This document shows, one piece after another, positions 52,754-64,000 of a stretch of DNA of 64,000 nucleotides; positions within the stretch are counted from its first letter, which is position 1, and each line of letters begins with the position of its first letter. The position numbers and the translations under genes are program-made. The notes under the pieces were generated by a model. It ran no database searches. It was not told the origin of the DNA and saw only the letters and a list, made by a program, of their open reading frames with translations. Source of the DNA: Octopus sinensis (lineage: Eukaryota); assembly GCF_006345805.1 (NCBI RefSeq), contig NC_043010.1, forward strand, positions 32,736,001-32,800,000, read 5' to 3'.

Positions 52754-52859
52754 TAAGGGTATCTAAAAGATACCACCATGCTAGAGATAGCAGTCATAAC
52801 GTGACTCTAAAGCCAAGTATTCACACAGCACCAGGAGAAAAGACAAAGAGACAAATAAA

Positions 52860-54130
52860 CTCTGAGGAGGGTATTTACAAAAAGTATCGAACAGGGAATG
52901 TTTTAATCTGACCAAACAGAAATTCAAAACAAAAGTTTTTTACTTCACTCATTAAGGAACTCTTATACGCTGATGATTGCGATCTAGTCAGTCACTCTGA
53001 AACAGACCTACAATCTCTTGTATCTGTATTTGACTCAGCTTGTGATGATTTTGGCTTGACCAACAACTTGAAAAAAACAGTTGTAATGTATCAACCTGTA
53101 CATGGTGTTGTTTGCAAACTCACTAAAATTTTTGTTAAGGTTAAGTTACTTGAGGGTGTTGACTCTTTTATCTACCTTGGAAGCTCTGTACAAAATGATG
53201 GAAATCTGGGCACAAATACATCTGCGAATCCAAAGGGCAGCACAAGCATTTGGTGGTTTGAAGTCACGCGTTTGACACTAACGACATATAAATAACAACA
53301 CAAAATTGGCTCTTTACGAATCATTTCTCTTACCATCCCTGTTGTATTCTTCTAATACATGGACGTGTTATGAAAGACGTTTTAAATTGTTAGAACGATT
53401 CCACCAAAAATGCCTTCGCAGCATTTTAAACATTAAATGGGGCTGCTTTTTACTCCATGTGGCATATACAGGCATCATTTCAATTAAATCAATGATTCTG
53501 AAAAACCAAATGAAATGGTCTAGAAATATTGTTCGAATGGCGGATGAACGCACACCCAAACAGCTATTTTATGGCGAGATTGCAGAGGGGAAACGCAATC
53601 GGTGTAAACCTAAAAAGAGGTTTAAGGACAACATAGGGACTACCATGAAGTCACTTGGAATGGATCCAAAGGCCATAGAAACCCTTGCTTCGGATCTAAC
53701 TAGATGGTGAACAAAAGTGTGGAGTGGAAGGAAAACGTTTGAGGAGGCTAGGATAACACATGCAAGACTCAAGAGAGATTTAAAGAAGACTGTTGCAATC
53801 GAGAAGGTGAATCTCAGTGACTTCTTTATGTGCACAGTTTGTGATAGACCATGCCTTTCTTTTGCTGGGCTCAAATCTCATTTGCAGACCCATAAAAAAC
53901 GGACCTCCACCAACTATTCTGCGTAAATATCTGTGCACCCCTTTCAATACCGTGTATGCCATAAGGTCTGCAAATCTAACGGATCTAATGTCTAAAGACA
54001 TTTTAAGATCCACAAAGATCAGAACTTAGCTACAGCTCTTGGTGGTCCAAATCAGATATGCAGTCTATGTGGATGTCTTTTCAATACACTGTCTGGTTTA
54101 AAAAGCCACACCAGACACCATGATGGATCT
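52860..54130 (+). mobile_element. 5'-truncated RTE-clade LINE, degenerate
   Basis: ELLYADDCDLV..SETDLQ, FGLT.NLKKT.VM, FIYLGS, LLYSSNTWT, LERFHQKCLRSIL.IKW, RTPKQLFYGE, C-terminal CTVCDRPCLSFAGLKSH. Confidence 0.9.
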
Positions 54131-54183
54131 AAGGTGTAGATACAAGAGATGATCAAACTCTGCATAAGGAGTAGGCAACTACC

Positions 54184-54277
<94 letters not shown>

Positions 54278-55607
54278 AGTTAATTAAATATTTTAAAGCA
54301 ATTATCTGTTGTTTTAATACATTTCAAAATATTACACGAAAGTTATCAGGAAAACGTTTATCTTTATGCTCTAAAAAAATACGTGTTAACAGATACATCT
54401 AAAAACTGCTGTTTTAGGCGGCACATGTTTTCCATTAACTTTTGGCTCTCGTGGAAATACTCAAAATCATTTTTTCTTCACTTACCATTGCATTCGGTTT
54501 TTAAAACTCATACAAGTGTTTGAAAAGTCCTATCATGAAACTGCATTGTGGTTTAAATAAAATACAATTTTATGTTTTAAAACACTTTGAAACCAAAGTT
54601 TTTTTTCTCCGAACATGATCCAAAACCAAGGAGGCTGATACTGACACAGAAGCTTAGAGGCCATAAGGAAACTTCGAGTATATCCCTAAGTATAGATTAA
54701 TTAACGTACCAAAGGCAAGACGCGAAGGAAAAGTAAGAAGAATAATATGAAATATGGAATCAATATGATGGTGAATACGATAGGCAATATTGGTAGAGAT
54801 GAGATAAGATTTTCTTAATTTTGCTGTTTAAGCCAAAGTTATTAAATTATTGTTCCAAATTTTAAGCGGTAATACTGAACTAGATCTATTGAAGTATAAA
54901 CTAGCCGCTGTACTTACTCTTGTTCAGGTTTATAAATATTTCAAATATGTACGATCACGTGAATTTCATTCTATTTTAAATAAGATGCTTTAAAAAGATG
55001 CTAATAATCTTCATTGTTTTGGTCAGAGAATGTTGATTAATTTAATGACTGCCAGAAGTTGGCATCCAAACAATTCAAGTTCAGTTTTCACGAAAGAAAT
55101 GTGCAAAATAACGAAATTTTGATGTTCCTTTTCTCTTCTTTCTGGGAGAAGCGTACATTTATTCAAATTACTGTACTAATTTACATAATTATGCTAAATG
55201 AATTATTATCAAAGTGACGTTTTTTTAATAAAATATATAAATACGCTTAAAAAAAAAAGAATCAGACTACTCAACATATGAAATTATCTTAATAAAATGT
55301 GTCGTAGTGCAAAATTTCAGCTACATAAACGGTCTACATACCTGGAGACATACCTATAGCTTATTTTATATAAAGTAAATATAATTGTGAGCGTATTTGT
55401 GTATGTGCGTCTGTAAATTTATGTGTGTATTGAAAGTTTATATTGACTTTTCAATCATATTTATCTGCATTGTTGGTAAGATTATGGATTTAGATTTACT
55501 TGTGATTCGCTTCTGGCAATACTTATGAATTATCCCCATCTTCCCCTTTAATTATAGCTAAGTCTCGTGGGGTGGGGTAAAGACATATCATTCTTTCTTC
55601 TTAATGC

Positions 55608-55950
55608 AGTTGTATACAACTGGCACTCTGTCGGTTACGACGACGAGTGTTCCAGTTGATCCGATCAACGGAACAGCCTGCTCGTGAAGTCAACGTGCAA
55701 GTGGCTGAGCACTCCACAGACACGCGTAACCTTAATGTATTTCACAGGGATATTCAGCATAACACGAACTGTGCCATGGATGGCCCTTTGAAATACAGGT
55801 ACTAATCAGTTTTGCCAGCTGAGTGGACTGGAGCAACGTGAAATAAATTGTTATTGTCTTACTCAGCGATACAACGCGCCGCACAGTATCGAACTCATGA
55901 CTTTATGATCGTGAACCGAATACCTTAACCACTAAGCCACGTGTCTTCAC
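55608..55950 (-). mobile_element. tRNA-derived SINE family C
   Basis: Reverse-complement head gtggcttagtggttaaggtattcgg...gagttcgatac (A and B boxes) followed by a ~280-nt body. Confidence 0.7.
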
Positions 55951-56064
55951 TCATGTAATTGTATAAAGATGACAATACATGTGAGAGATTAACAGTCTTA
56001 AACCAAGGTTTAAAATGGATGAATTATGAATAAAATATCACAAGAAACAACGACCATGTCTTAC

Positions 56065-56311
56065 CTGGATCCATGAGTTTTATAGATCCTAGCCCAGTAA
56101 ACGGAAGACAGGCAATAATCGACGACCCAACCCAACAGAATAGTAATGCAATGCGGGTATAATATTTCCTCGGTTGAATATAATAATAACATGGATGGTT
56201 TATACAGAAATACCGTTCAAGAGCCATCGTGCAGATAATGAACTGTGTAGCGAATCCAGCCAAGATCATCATGAAGCCTAGGTAAGAGCACAATGCTGGT
56301 CCACACGGCAT
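56065..56311 (-). CDS. PTGER4-like: Prostanoid receptor, coding exon 2 (TM3-TM4)
   Basis: Acceptor ttctag|ATG. Encodes MPCGPALCSYLGF...MALERYFCINHPCYY...CLPFTGLG...MDP (ERY variant of DRY, TM3 Cys). Donor G|GTAAG, phase 1; 247 nt. Confidence 0.92.
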
Positions 56312-56904
56312 CTAGAATTAATATGAAAAGACAATAATTTTAATCATAGAACTACTCAAGGTAGGGTAAAGTACATATGGGCGTCATTTGTATGGAAAAC
56401 TATAGTAAAGTAGGTGTCACTCCAGTGAATCAGATAATTTTTTAGGAATTAGCATTATTTTCGTTGTAACGAAAAAAAGTCATTAGCTTAAATATAAATT
56501 TTGGTCAAAAAAAAAAAATAGAAGAGAAACAACTCTGATAAATAAATTAAAATTAAATAAAAATATTTAAGCAAACTTAAGATTCTACAATACCGCTTCG
56601 CTTCTTCCTTTTCCAGAACTATTATAATTGATTTTGGTAATCTTAAACTGAGTACCATTTCCATCCATGGCCAACCGATGTACTGTTATCGTTCTTCTCG
56701 TTTATATTAAAATGTTATGATATACTACAGAATAAATATATAGAGATTAATTAAATATTCTGGACAGTTATAAACGACGGTTAATTTTTTTTTTTTCACG
56801 ATTTCAGCGAGGTTAAGGATAAGCTAAATTTCAATTTTCCCTGAACTGTCCATGGTAATTCTGTATTTTTGGTCATTATTATTTAGGGCTTCCATAAAGC
56901 AGCG

Positions 56905-57092
56905 AGATGGCAGAATCGTTACCACACCGGAAGAAATGCTACGTTCTGAGTTTAAATACCACCGAGGTCGACTTTGCCTTTTATCCTTTCGGGGTCGATA
57001 AATTAAGTACCAGTGAAACACTGGGATCGATGTAATGGACTAGTCCCCTCCTCCAAAATTTCAGGCCTTGTGCCTCTAGTAGAAAGGATTAT
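56905..57092 (+). mobile_element. SINE family B
   Basis: ggcagaatcgttaccacaccgg...gagttttaaatacc.ccgaggtcgactttgcc...ggggtcgataaattaagtaccag...gaaaggatta. Confidence 0.85.
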
Positions 57093-57352
57093 TTAGAGCT
57101 TCATTAAATCGGATACATAAATTTGCATAAATAGCGCATATTTTTTAATATTTGACAAACAAATTACAGCAATGTTTTAAAATTGGCACCAAACATCCCC
57201 CACTCCTTCTTCCACATAACTGTAACCCTCTGAAATAATTTCTTTGTTCATGTATTGAAGCTTATAAAGGTGTCTCGCCTCGGGACAGCTCTGATTGAGC
57301 TGACTTAATATAAAGAGCATTCCAGCCGTCACCAGCCATCTTTTCTCGAACA

Positions 57353-58599
57353 TACGAGGATGGGTTGTAGAGTTCATAGGCCGTCTATGAAGGAGTGGTG
57401 CTAGAGCCGTGAAATCTTGCATGCATAAATTTCAGTTCTTCTTAATATCTATATTGTTTCTTCCCAGGTAAACTGCATTTGAATGTTCAAAGAGGACTTC
57501 AAAAGTAACTAGTTGTGACTTGTCAAGGACAAAATTTGGCATCGAATTGTTATCAAGTACCTGCAGAAAAGGGTTTAACCTCTAAAGAGATTCATGCTGA
57601 CATGATTGCTACGTAAGGGGATGATGCTCCAGCTTTATCAACAGAGCGAAGGGGGGGTTGAATTTAGGATGGGAAAGGAGAGTCTTGAAGATGACCCAAT
57701 GACTGGATGTCTTGCCACCACCGAGGAAAACATATTGTGTTCACACATGGTGATAGATGACAGGTGATTGATTATAAATTATATAGCCTATGCTATTAGC
57801 ATAACTCGTGAGAAAGCTGAGAATATTCTGCACAAAAAACTTGGCATGACAAAAGTTTCTGCTTGGTAGGTGCCATGTCTTCTGACACCAGATCAAAAGT
57901 GCACCAAGCTGATCCCATCTTGAGAAAATCTGACATTGTATGAGGCAGATCCAGCTGGTTTCCTTGAACGTTTCCTAACCCAAGAATAGTGTTGGCTTCA
58001 TCACTTTGATTCATGGACAATCCATGCAGTGGAAACAACCCCTTCTCACCAACACCAAAGAAGGCTAAGGTCGTTTTACCTATCGTGAAGTTGATGGCCT
58101 GTTTTGTGCCTTTTTTTTTTTAGGATGCAAAAGACATTGTGTTTATGGACTATCTTCAAATAAGCCACACCATCAATGAAAAGAACTATGTCAACTTGCT
58201 GAGGCAATTACGAGAGGCTATCAAGACCAAACGCCCAGGAAAACTGACGAAAGGGGTCTTATTTCACCAGGACAATGTTCTAGGAGAGAAATCGTTGGTT
58301 TTTAACGATTGTTGTGCGTGACTGATTTTGAACTGGTTGATCAACCTCCATATTCTCCTGATTTGGCCCTATCTGACAATCATCTGCTCCCCCAACATGA
58401 GAAAACACTTGATAGGGAACCAACATAATGACATCATATCTGTTGCTGATGACTTATTTGATCAACAGGCTGAAATCTTCTTCGCTGTAAGACCGATGGA
58501 GGAAGCATGTGAAAAATAAGCTTGAAAAATAAGCCGCATTCAGTCACATTCTAGGAGAGTATCATGGTCAGCCTATGAACTTTTCAGCCGACTCTCGTA
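57353..58599 (+). mobile_element. Full-length, heavily degenerate mariner transposon
   Basis: TA-flanked TIRs tacgagga...gttcataggc / gcctatgaacttttcagccgactctcgta. Remnants include LGMTKVSAW*VP, FMDYLQ..TINE..YVNLLRQLR.AIK.KRPGKL.KGVLFHQDN and HPPYSPDLA-like codons. Confidence 0.85.
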
Positions 58600-58748
58600 G
58601 ACTTTCTATAACTACATTATCCAATATGACCTAGTACTTTTGTAATTCGGTAGACTATTACTTTTAGCAGTTTGAGTGACCGCATGGAGGTTCCCTCGTA
58701 TCGACTCGTCCTTACCAAACGCACATACATACATACATACATACACAC

Positions 58749-58779
<31 letters not shown>

Positions 58780-58809
58780 CATACATACATACATGTGTAC
58801 GTACGTACA

Positions 58810-58842
<33 letters not shown>

Positions 58843-59097
58843 GCATATTTTGTATGTATATAAATGTGTGTGTGTGTGTGTGTAATAAATTTGGCTTTGT
58901 AACTGAAAGGCAGAAGTACAGACGTCACTAAAGTGACTAAGGGTACTATTTAACACCAACATTGCTAGAAATAAGAGTCAAAACAACACAGCCACGAGAA
59001 AGTACTTATCTTATGACTGACAAGGGAAGTAAGGTCCCTACAGCACCCGGGGCATAGCCAAATCATCAGTGATTTCGCATTTGATTAATGCTCGACA

Positions 59098-59174
<77 letters not shown>

Positions 59175-59269
59175 GGGAAGGTTTACGAAAATAAACAAAA
59201 GACGGAGGCAGGTGGAGTACAAACAAACAAAAGTATTAGTATGGCGCTCAGGAATAGAAATAGAACAAG

Positions 59270-59307
59270 TCTTTTACGTTTCGAGCCTACGCTCTTCGAC
59301 AGAAAGA
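59270..59307 (-). ncRNA. Minimal type I hammerhead-like motif
   Basis: Reverse complement TCTTT-CTGTCGA-A-GAGC gtag GCTC-GAAAC-GTA-AAAGA; predicted GUA cleavage triplet. Confidence 0.6.
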
Positions 59308-59387
59308 TACACAGAAAAAAAAAAGCAAGGAGAGAAAAAATTGCGTGTAGGAGCTAACGATCTATCATGGATATATATATATATTAT

Positions 59388-59448
<61 letters not shown>

Positions 59449-59617
59449 TATATGCAGCATCATATATATAAATGAAAAATTGTATGGTAAATATACAAAT
59501 GACATAAAGTATACTGAATGTAAAAAACGAACGGGAGACAAACACAGAAGGTCCGTAATTCTTCATCAGTTATCGACCAACTGGTAATATTCAGTTTTGC
59601 ACCTTTATACACACACG

Positions 59618-59709
<92 letters not shown>

Positions 59710-59781
59710 GTGTGTCTGTGTATGTGTATATATGATACAGTCATACATATATACATGTGCTTGCATGTGTGTGTGTGTATA

Positions 59782-59878
<97 letters not shown>

Positions 59879-60016
59879 ATGCATGAATATATGTATGATT
59901 GTTTGTATGTATGTATATGTATATATAGGGGAGAATTCACAAAAAGGCAAAAGACGAAGACAGGTGGTGTAGACAACAAACAGATGTATTAGTTTAACGC
60001 TCGGGAAGTGAAAAAG

Positions 60017-60054
60017 TCTTTAACGTTTCGAGCCTACGCTCTTCCACAGAAAGG
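60017..60054 (-). ncRNA. Minimal type I hammerhead-like motif
   Basis: Reverse complement CTTT-CTGTGGA-A-GAGC gtag GCTC-GAAAC-GTT-AAAG. Confidence 0.55.
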
Positions 60055-60225
60055 AACACAGAAAGAAACAAGGAGAGAAAATAAAGGAATGTGTAGTGGC
60101 TAGCGATCTATCATGGCGAATATGTATATATATATATGTGTATGTATGTGTATGGGGGTGGGGTAATGGAATTTTTAATATAACGAACTTAAATGTAGGA
60201 CAAAAAGGATATAAAATTTGCTTAC

Positions 60226-60531
60226 CTTGAAGTTATTGTTATAGGTTGCTATAACGACAGGAGAGGTGGCCACAGTTCCGAGCAGATCAGTAACAACGAG
60301 GCTGGCGGCCAATTTGTAAAAAATCGTATGCCTTTGTTCCTTCTTTGAACTGGCGAGAGAAACCAAAGCTAGAATATTGCCAAAGACCCCAGTCCCAAAC
60401 ATTATGCTAGAAACCATTACTGTGTGGTTTTTCTTTTCTTCGAACTTTTCATTAGACATATTGGACATATCTGAACCAGTGCTTGAAATTGTTATATGAG
60501 TCGTTAAACTGTTATAATCGCCAACATTCAT
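60226..60531 (-). CDS. PTGER4-like: Prostanoid (prostaglandin E2 EP4-like) receptor, coding exon 1 (N-terminus, TM1-TM2)
   Basis: 102 codons MNVGDY...MFGTGVFGNILALVSL...FYKLAASLVVTDLLGTVATSPVVIATYNNNFK, with class A TM1 GN and TM2 LxxTD motifs. Ends AAG|GTAAG (phase 0 donor at 60225). Confidence 0.9.
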
Positions 60532-62847
60532 ACTTATTTAGACTTACTGAGTTTTCTTTCTCTACAGTTTTTATCAATTCATTAATTTTTTTTTTAATTA
60601 TTATTAACTCGCTGAATCTTTTTTTGTTAATTTATATTTCATTTTCTTTACACGTCTTTCGTTTCAAGTTTTCTTTTTTAAGCTTAATTCTGAAACTTTT
60701 ATTAAATTAAAATCAAGTACTAGTCAAATACTGGAGTCGATAAAATTGGCTACTCCCCTCCCCTCAAAGAATCCATTATTATTATCATTAGTATTATTAT
60801 TGCGGACTATATTGTTGTTGTTGATGACGATGATGATGTCGGTGACAATATTTGAATGCCTTGTAAATTATAATGCTCGTATATTATTTTTGTGGTTGCT
60901 GTTGCAATTGTTGTTCTTTGTACTGTTTTTGTTAATCGTATTATTGTTATTGGAATTGTAGTTGTAGTTGTTTTTGTTGCCATTTACTATTGGAATGGCT
61001 GAATTCTTTTAAATATTGTCGCTGCGGTGTCGACAACGAATACTTTGTTCTTTGAGGAATGGGAAAATGATAGGAAAATGAAATAAAATGAAATGCCATA
61101 GAACAAGGAAATAAACCATCAAAAAGTCTTAATGCCATATTGCTGTGGAACAATCATTGAATGGTTGCAACTGATTCATTTATCGAGCTATCGCTCACTC
61201 ACTTTCTTTTTCTTTCCATATATATGCGTCTGTTTGTCTTTTATATGCGTATTTATATTTGCGTATCTACCGTGCTTTCTACAACCTTATCTTTTTATTT
61301 ATCTATCAGTTATCCTCTTATCTTCCCTTCCCACAGAATATTGCATATCCAAACTGTATTATATTGCTGGGTTGATGTAAAGAAACAGCCAGTTGGTTGG
61401 TGGACGTTGGAAGATGTCTTCTCAGCTGGAAAAGAAAAAAAAAACGAGAATTTATAAATATGTTCATAAAATAAACAAATATCAGAGAAACGCAAATAAG
61501 ACATTGACTGAATAAAACTGTTTTATCCAGAGATATGAAAGACAAAGTCGATACCAGTGGGATATCAAGTAGGAAGGTAAAGTAACGTACCTAAATACCA
61601 CAAGGCATGTCTTCAGGCGTGATTATGTCAAGGTATGAAGGTATAATTCTGTAGTCTCTTTATATTTTTCAAATATGTCTCACTTAACCCATTCAGCATT
61701 ATCCTAGTTTGTTAAATTTTCTTATCAAATGTGCTACACATTAGGAGCCTCCTTAGAAGAGCTCGATTAATTCGGTTAGCACGAGGAGAGAAGAATCTGA
61801 CGCTTCCGACAATTTCCCTTCGTCAGGGAGAGAAGAAGACGAGAAGAAAGTGGTTTTAGTTGTAAATAATACGGAAATTATAACGAAGGCGTGTAGCGGT
61901 AATGGAAAGCAGAGATAAGGTGGGGCAGGGTTCAGCAAGAAAAAAGAATCTAGGGAGACAAAAGAATGTTATATTCTTGCCACACATAGTGGAGCTTATG
62001 CAGATAGAATTTTATATACTATGTGTTCCCAAGGGAAGTTTCTTTGCCGTAATGATCTGTGCTTCAGCCCCAAACTTTAAGTTTAATACCCTTATCCATG
62101 ACAGCCACAATGCATCTCTAACTGTACATTCCTCCTATTCTCAAAAAAAAAAAAAAATTCCGAATTTTCTTGTTTAGTCGTGCTGCATTCTTCACTCTTG
62201 ATTGCTCTAGCTTTGCTAATATCTTCCATCAGCAACCCTGCGCTATACCCTACGCACTAAGCTACACATTTTTATTCACCCTGTGTACAAACTTTCCTAC
62301 TAATTTAGATGACCTCAAGTATAGTTACAAATTAATATAATGGCAGATAAGGCTGTGTGACGATAAAATTTGCTTCATTACTATGTGGTTTCGAGTTCAA
62401 TCACTCCGCACAGTACCATGGTCATGCGACATCTACCACACTTTCAGGTTGACGAGTTTGACGAGAGAAGCTGCATGGAATCCCATCACTAGGATCTTTC
62501 TTTTTTATGTGTGATCGACATAATCCGCTGCTCTCGCACTCTTAACTCCCTTCCCTGCCAGCCCGTGAAGGCCTTAAATGATTGATAGGAGTCGTATTCT
62601 TCTCTTATTAAGCAATTTAAAAATCCCTTCTTTTACTACAGAATATATCGATCCTTTTACTATCTACTTTCGGATATATACAACCAAATATGCAATAGCA
62701 TTTCAGCCCTAACCCTGCCTGAAATAACAAACGCTTTACTCCACTCCAGGTTTCTTCCAACAAACCTCAAAATAAATGTCATTTACAAGTGGCTAATGAA
62801 CATACATGCGACTTAGCGGGCCAATAATAATAATAATAATAATAATA

Positions 62848-62889
<42 letters not shown>

Positions 62890-62890
<1 letters not shown>

Positions 62891-63427
62891 CCCTGATGCA
62901 GTACAAGGTAGTGGCTCTCATGGCTTCTGACCTTAACTGATTGGAAGTGTTATCATGTACATTGTTTTGTCTTGATATAAAAGATGGGCTACAGCAAATA
63001 TTCTGCTCAATACGACAGGATTTGCTTGTCAGTTGTTTGACCTTAACCAGTTGGGCATATCCCTTAGTGGCTGACGATATGTGCATCTCTGATTACGAGC
63101 AGAATTAGTGGGAGAGCATCATAGCCATGTATTGAGAGGAATTTCCGGGGGTTTGGATAAGTCACCTTTGGAAACATGAGTGTCTTGTTTAACATCCTCA
63201 AACAACCCTTATTCAGGGACCTTTTGAATGGGATGGGCTACTCGACCTGAAGAAAATTCTAACTGGGCCCCACCTGCAAGGTAATGCACTGTTTATCTTG
63301 ATATGAGATCATCATGTGGCGCACATATGGTTGTGATGCATGTGCCTGGTGTACTCTTATCAGACAGGTAGTCATGATGGGTATACTGGTATACTGGGCT
63401 TCGTATATTTTACCCCAGTGTCACTGC
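62890..63427. repeat. Unclassified interspersed repeat abutting (AAT)n
   Basis: Higher-complexity ~540-nt block starting directly after (AAT)n at 62822-62889. No clear ORF; repeat status is inferred. Confidence 0.35.
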
Positions 63428-63449
63428 TCTCTCTCTCACTCACTCACTC

Positions 63450-63490
<41 letters not shown>

Positions 63491-63523
63491 TATAATAATA
63501 ATAATAATGATAATAATAATAAT

Positions 63524-63727
63524 CCTTTCTACTAAAAGCACAAGGCCTGAAATTTGGGGTTAGGGGACTAGTCGATCAGATCGACCCTAGTGTTTCACTG
63601 GTGCTTCATTTATCGACCCCAAAAGGATGAAAGGCAAAGTCGACCTCGACGGAATTCGAACCCAGAACGTAGCGACGGGTGAAATACCGCTAAGCATTTC
63701 GTTGACCGTCCTAACGATTCTGCCAAT
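63524..63727 (-). mobile_element. SINE family B with (ATT)n tail
   Basis: Reverse complement ggcagaatcgttaggacggtcaacgaaatgcttagcggtatttc...gggttcgaattccgtcgaggtcgactttgcctttcatcc...gaaaggattattatt. Confidence 0.88.
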
Positions 63728-63788
63728 AATAATAATAACAAAAGGATGATAATGATGATGATGACGACGACGACGATGATGATGATGT

Positions 63789-63820
<32 letters not shown>

Positions 63821-64000
63821 ATGTCGCATCGAAAAATTAAAAAATGAATTTCAACAACTCAACTAAATCACATTGACAAAAAAAAAAAAAAAACACGGAT
63901 AATCGAATTAGACCAAACAATGATTAGCAAATACTTAGGAATGGATGAACTTATTCAGGGACCTTGACACATTAAAAACAAAAGGTTGGAATATTCTTTT

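Noticed and set aside
60532-62300. Promoter or 5' UTR exons of the GPCR
   Set aside because: No TATA, Inr or splice features can be assigned with support from sequence alone.
62822-63523. Element apparently flanked on both sides by (AAT)n
   Set aside because: The downstream AAT tract is explained as the (ATT)n tail of the adjacent minus-strand SINE B, so double flanking is not evidence of targeting.

Overview
AT-rich, microsatellite-dense eukaryotic genomic DNA with one 100-N scaffold gap. The SINE, LINE and microsatellite make-up suggests a coleoid cephalopod such as Octopus (inference, not verified). One host gene is supported: a minus-strand, 4-coding-exon prostanoid-receptor-family GPCR (EP4-like, about 432 aa) spanning 28207-60531, with canonical GT-AG junctions and matching phases. 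The rest is mostly transposon-derived. It includes a near full-length, frameshifted Tx1/L1-clade LINE bracketed on both sides by (TATC)n; RTE and RLE-clade LINE fragments; a Penelope GIY-YIG fragment between inverted pseudo-LTRs; an internally deleted Ty3/Gypsy element; several mariner copies; a probable Chapaev-type fragment; foldback MITEs; and at least three tRNA-derived SINE families. The most interesting signals are (i) a series of minimal type I hammerhead-ribozyme-like motifs in short repeats, one lying between ~335-nt-spaced direct repeats (retrozyme-like), and (ii) apparent partitioning of retroelement classes among different microsatellite targets. A 2.7-kb duplication across the N gap is probably an assembly artefact. 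All calls were made by eye; no database searches or folding computations were run.
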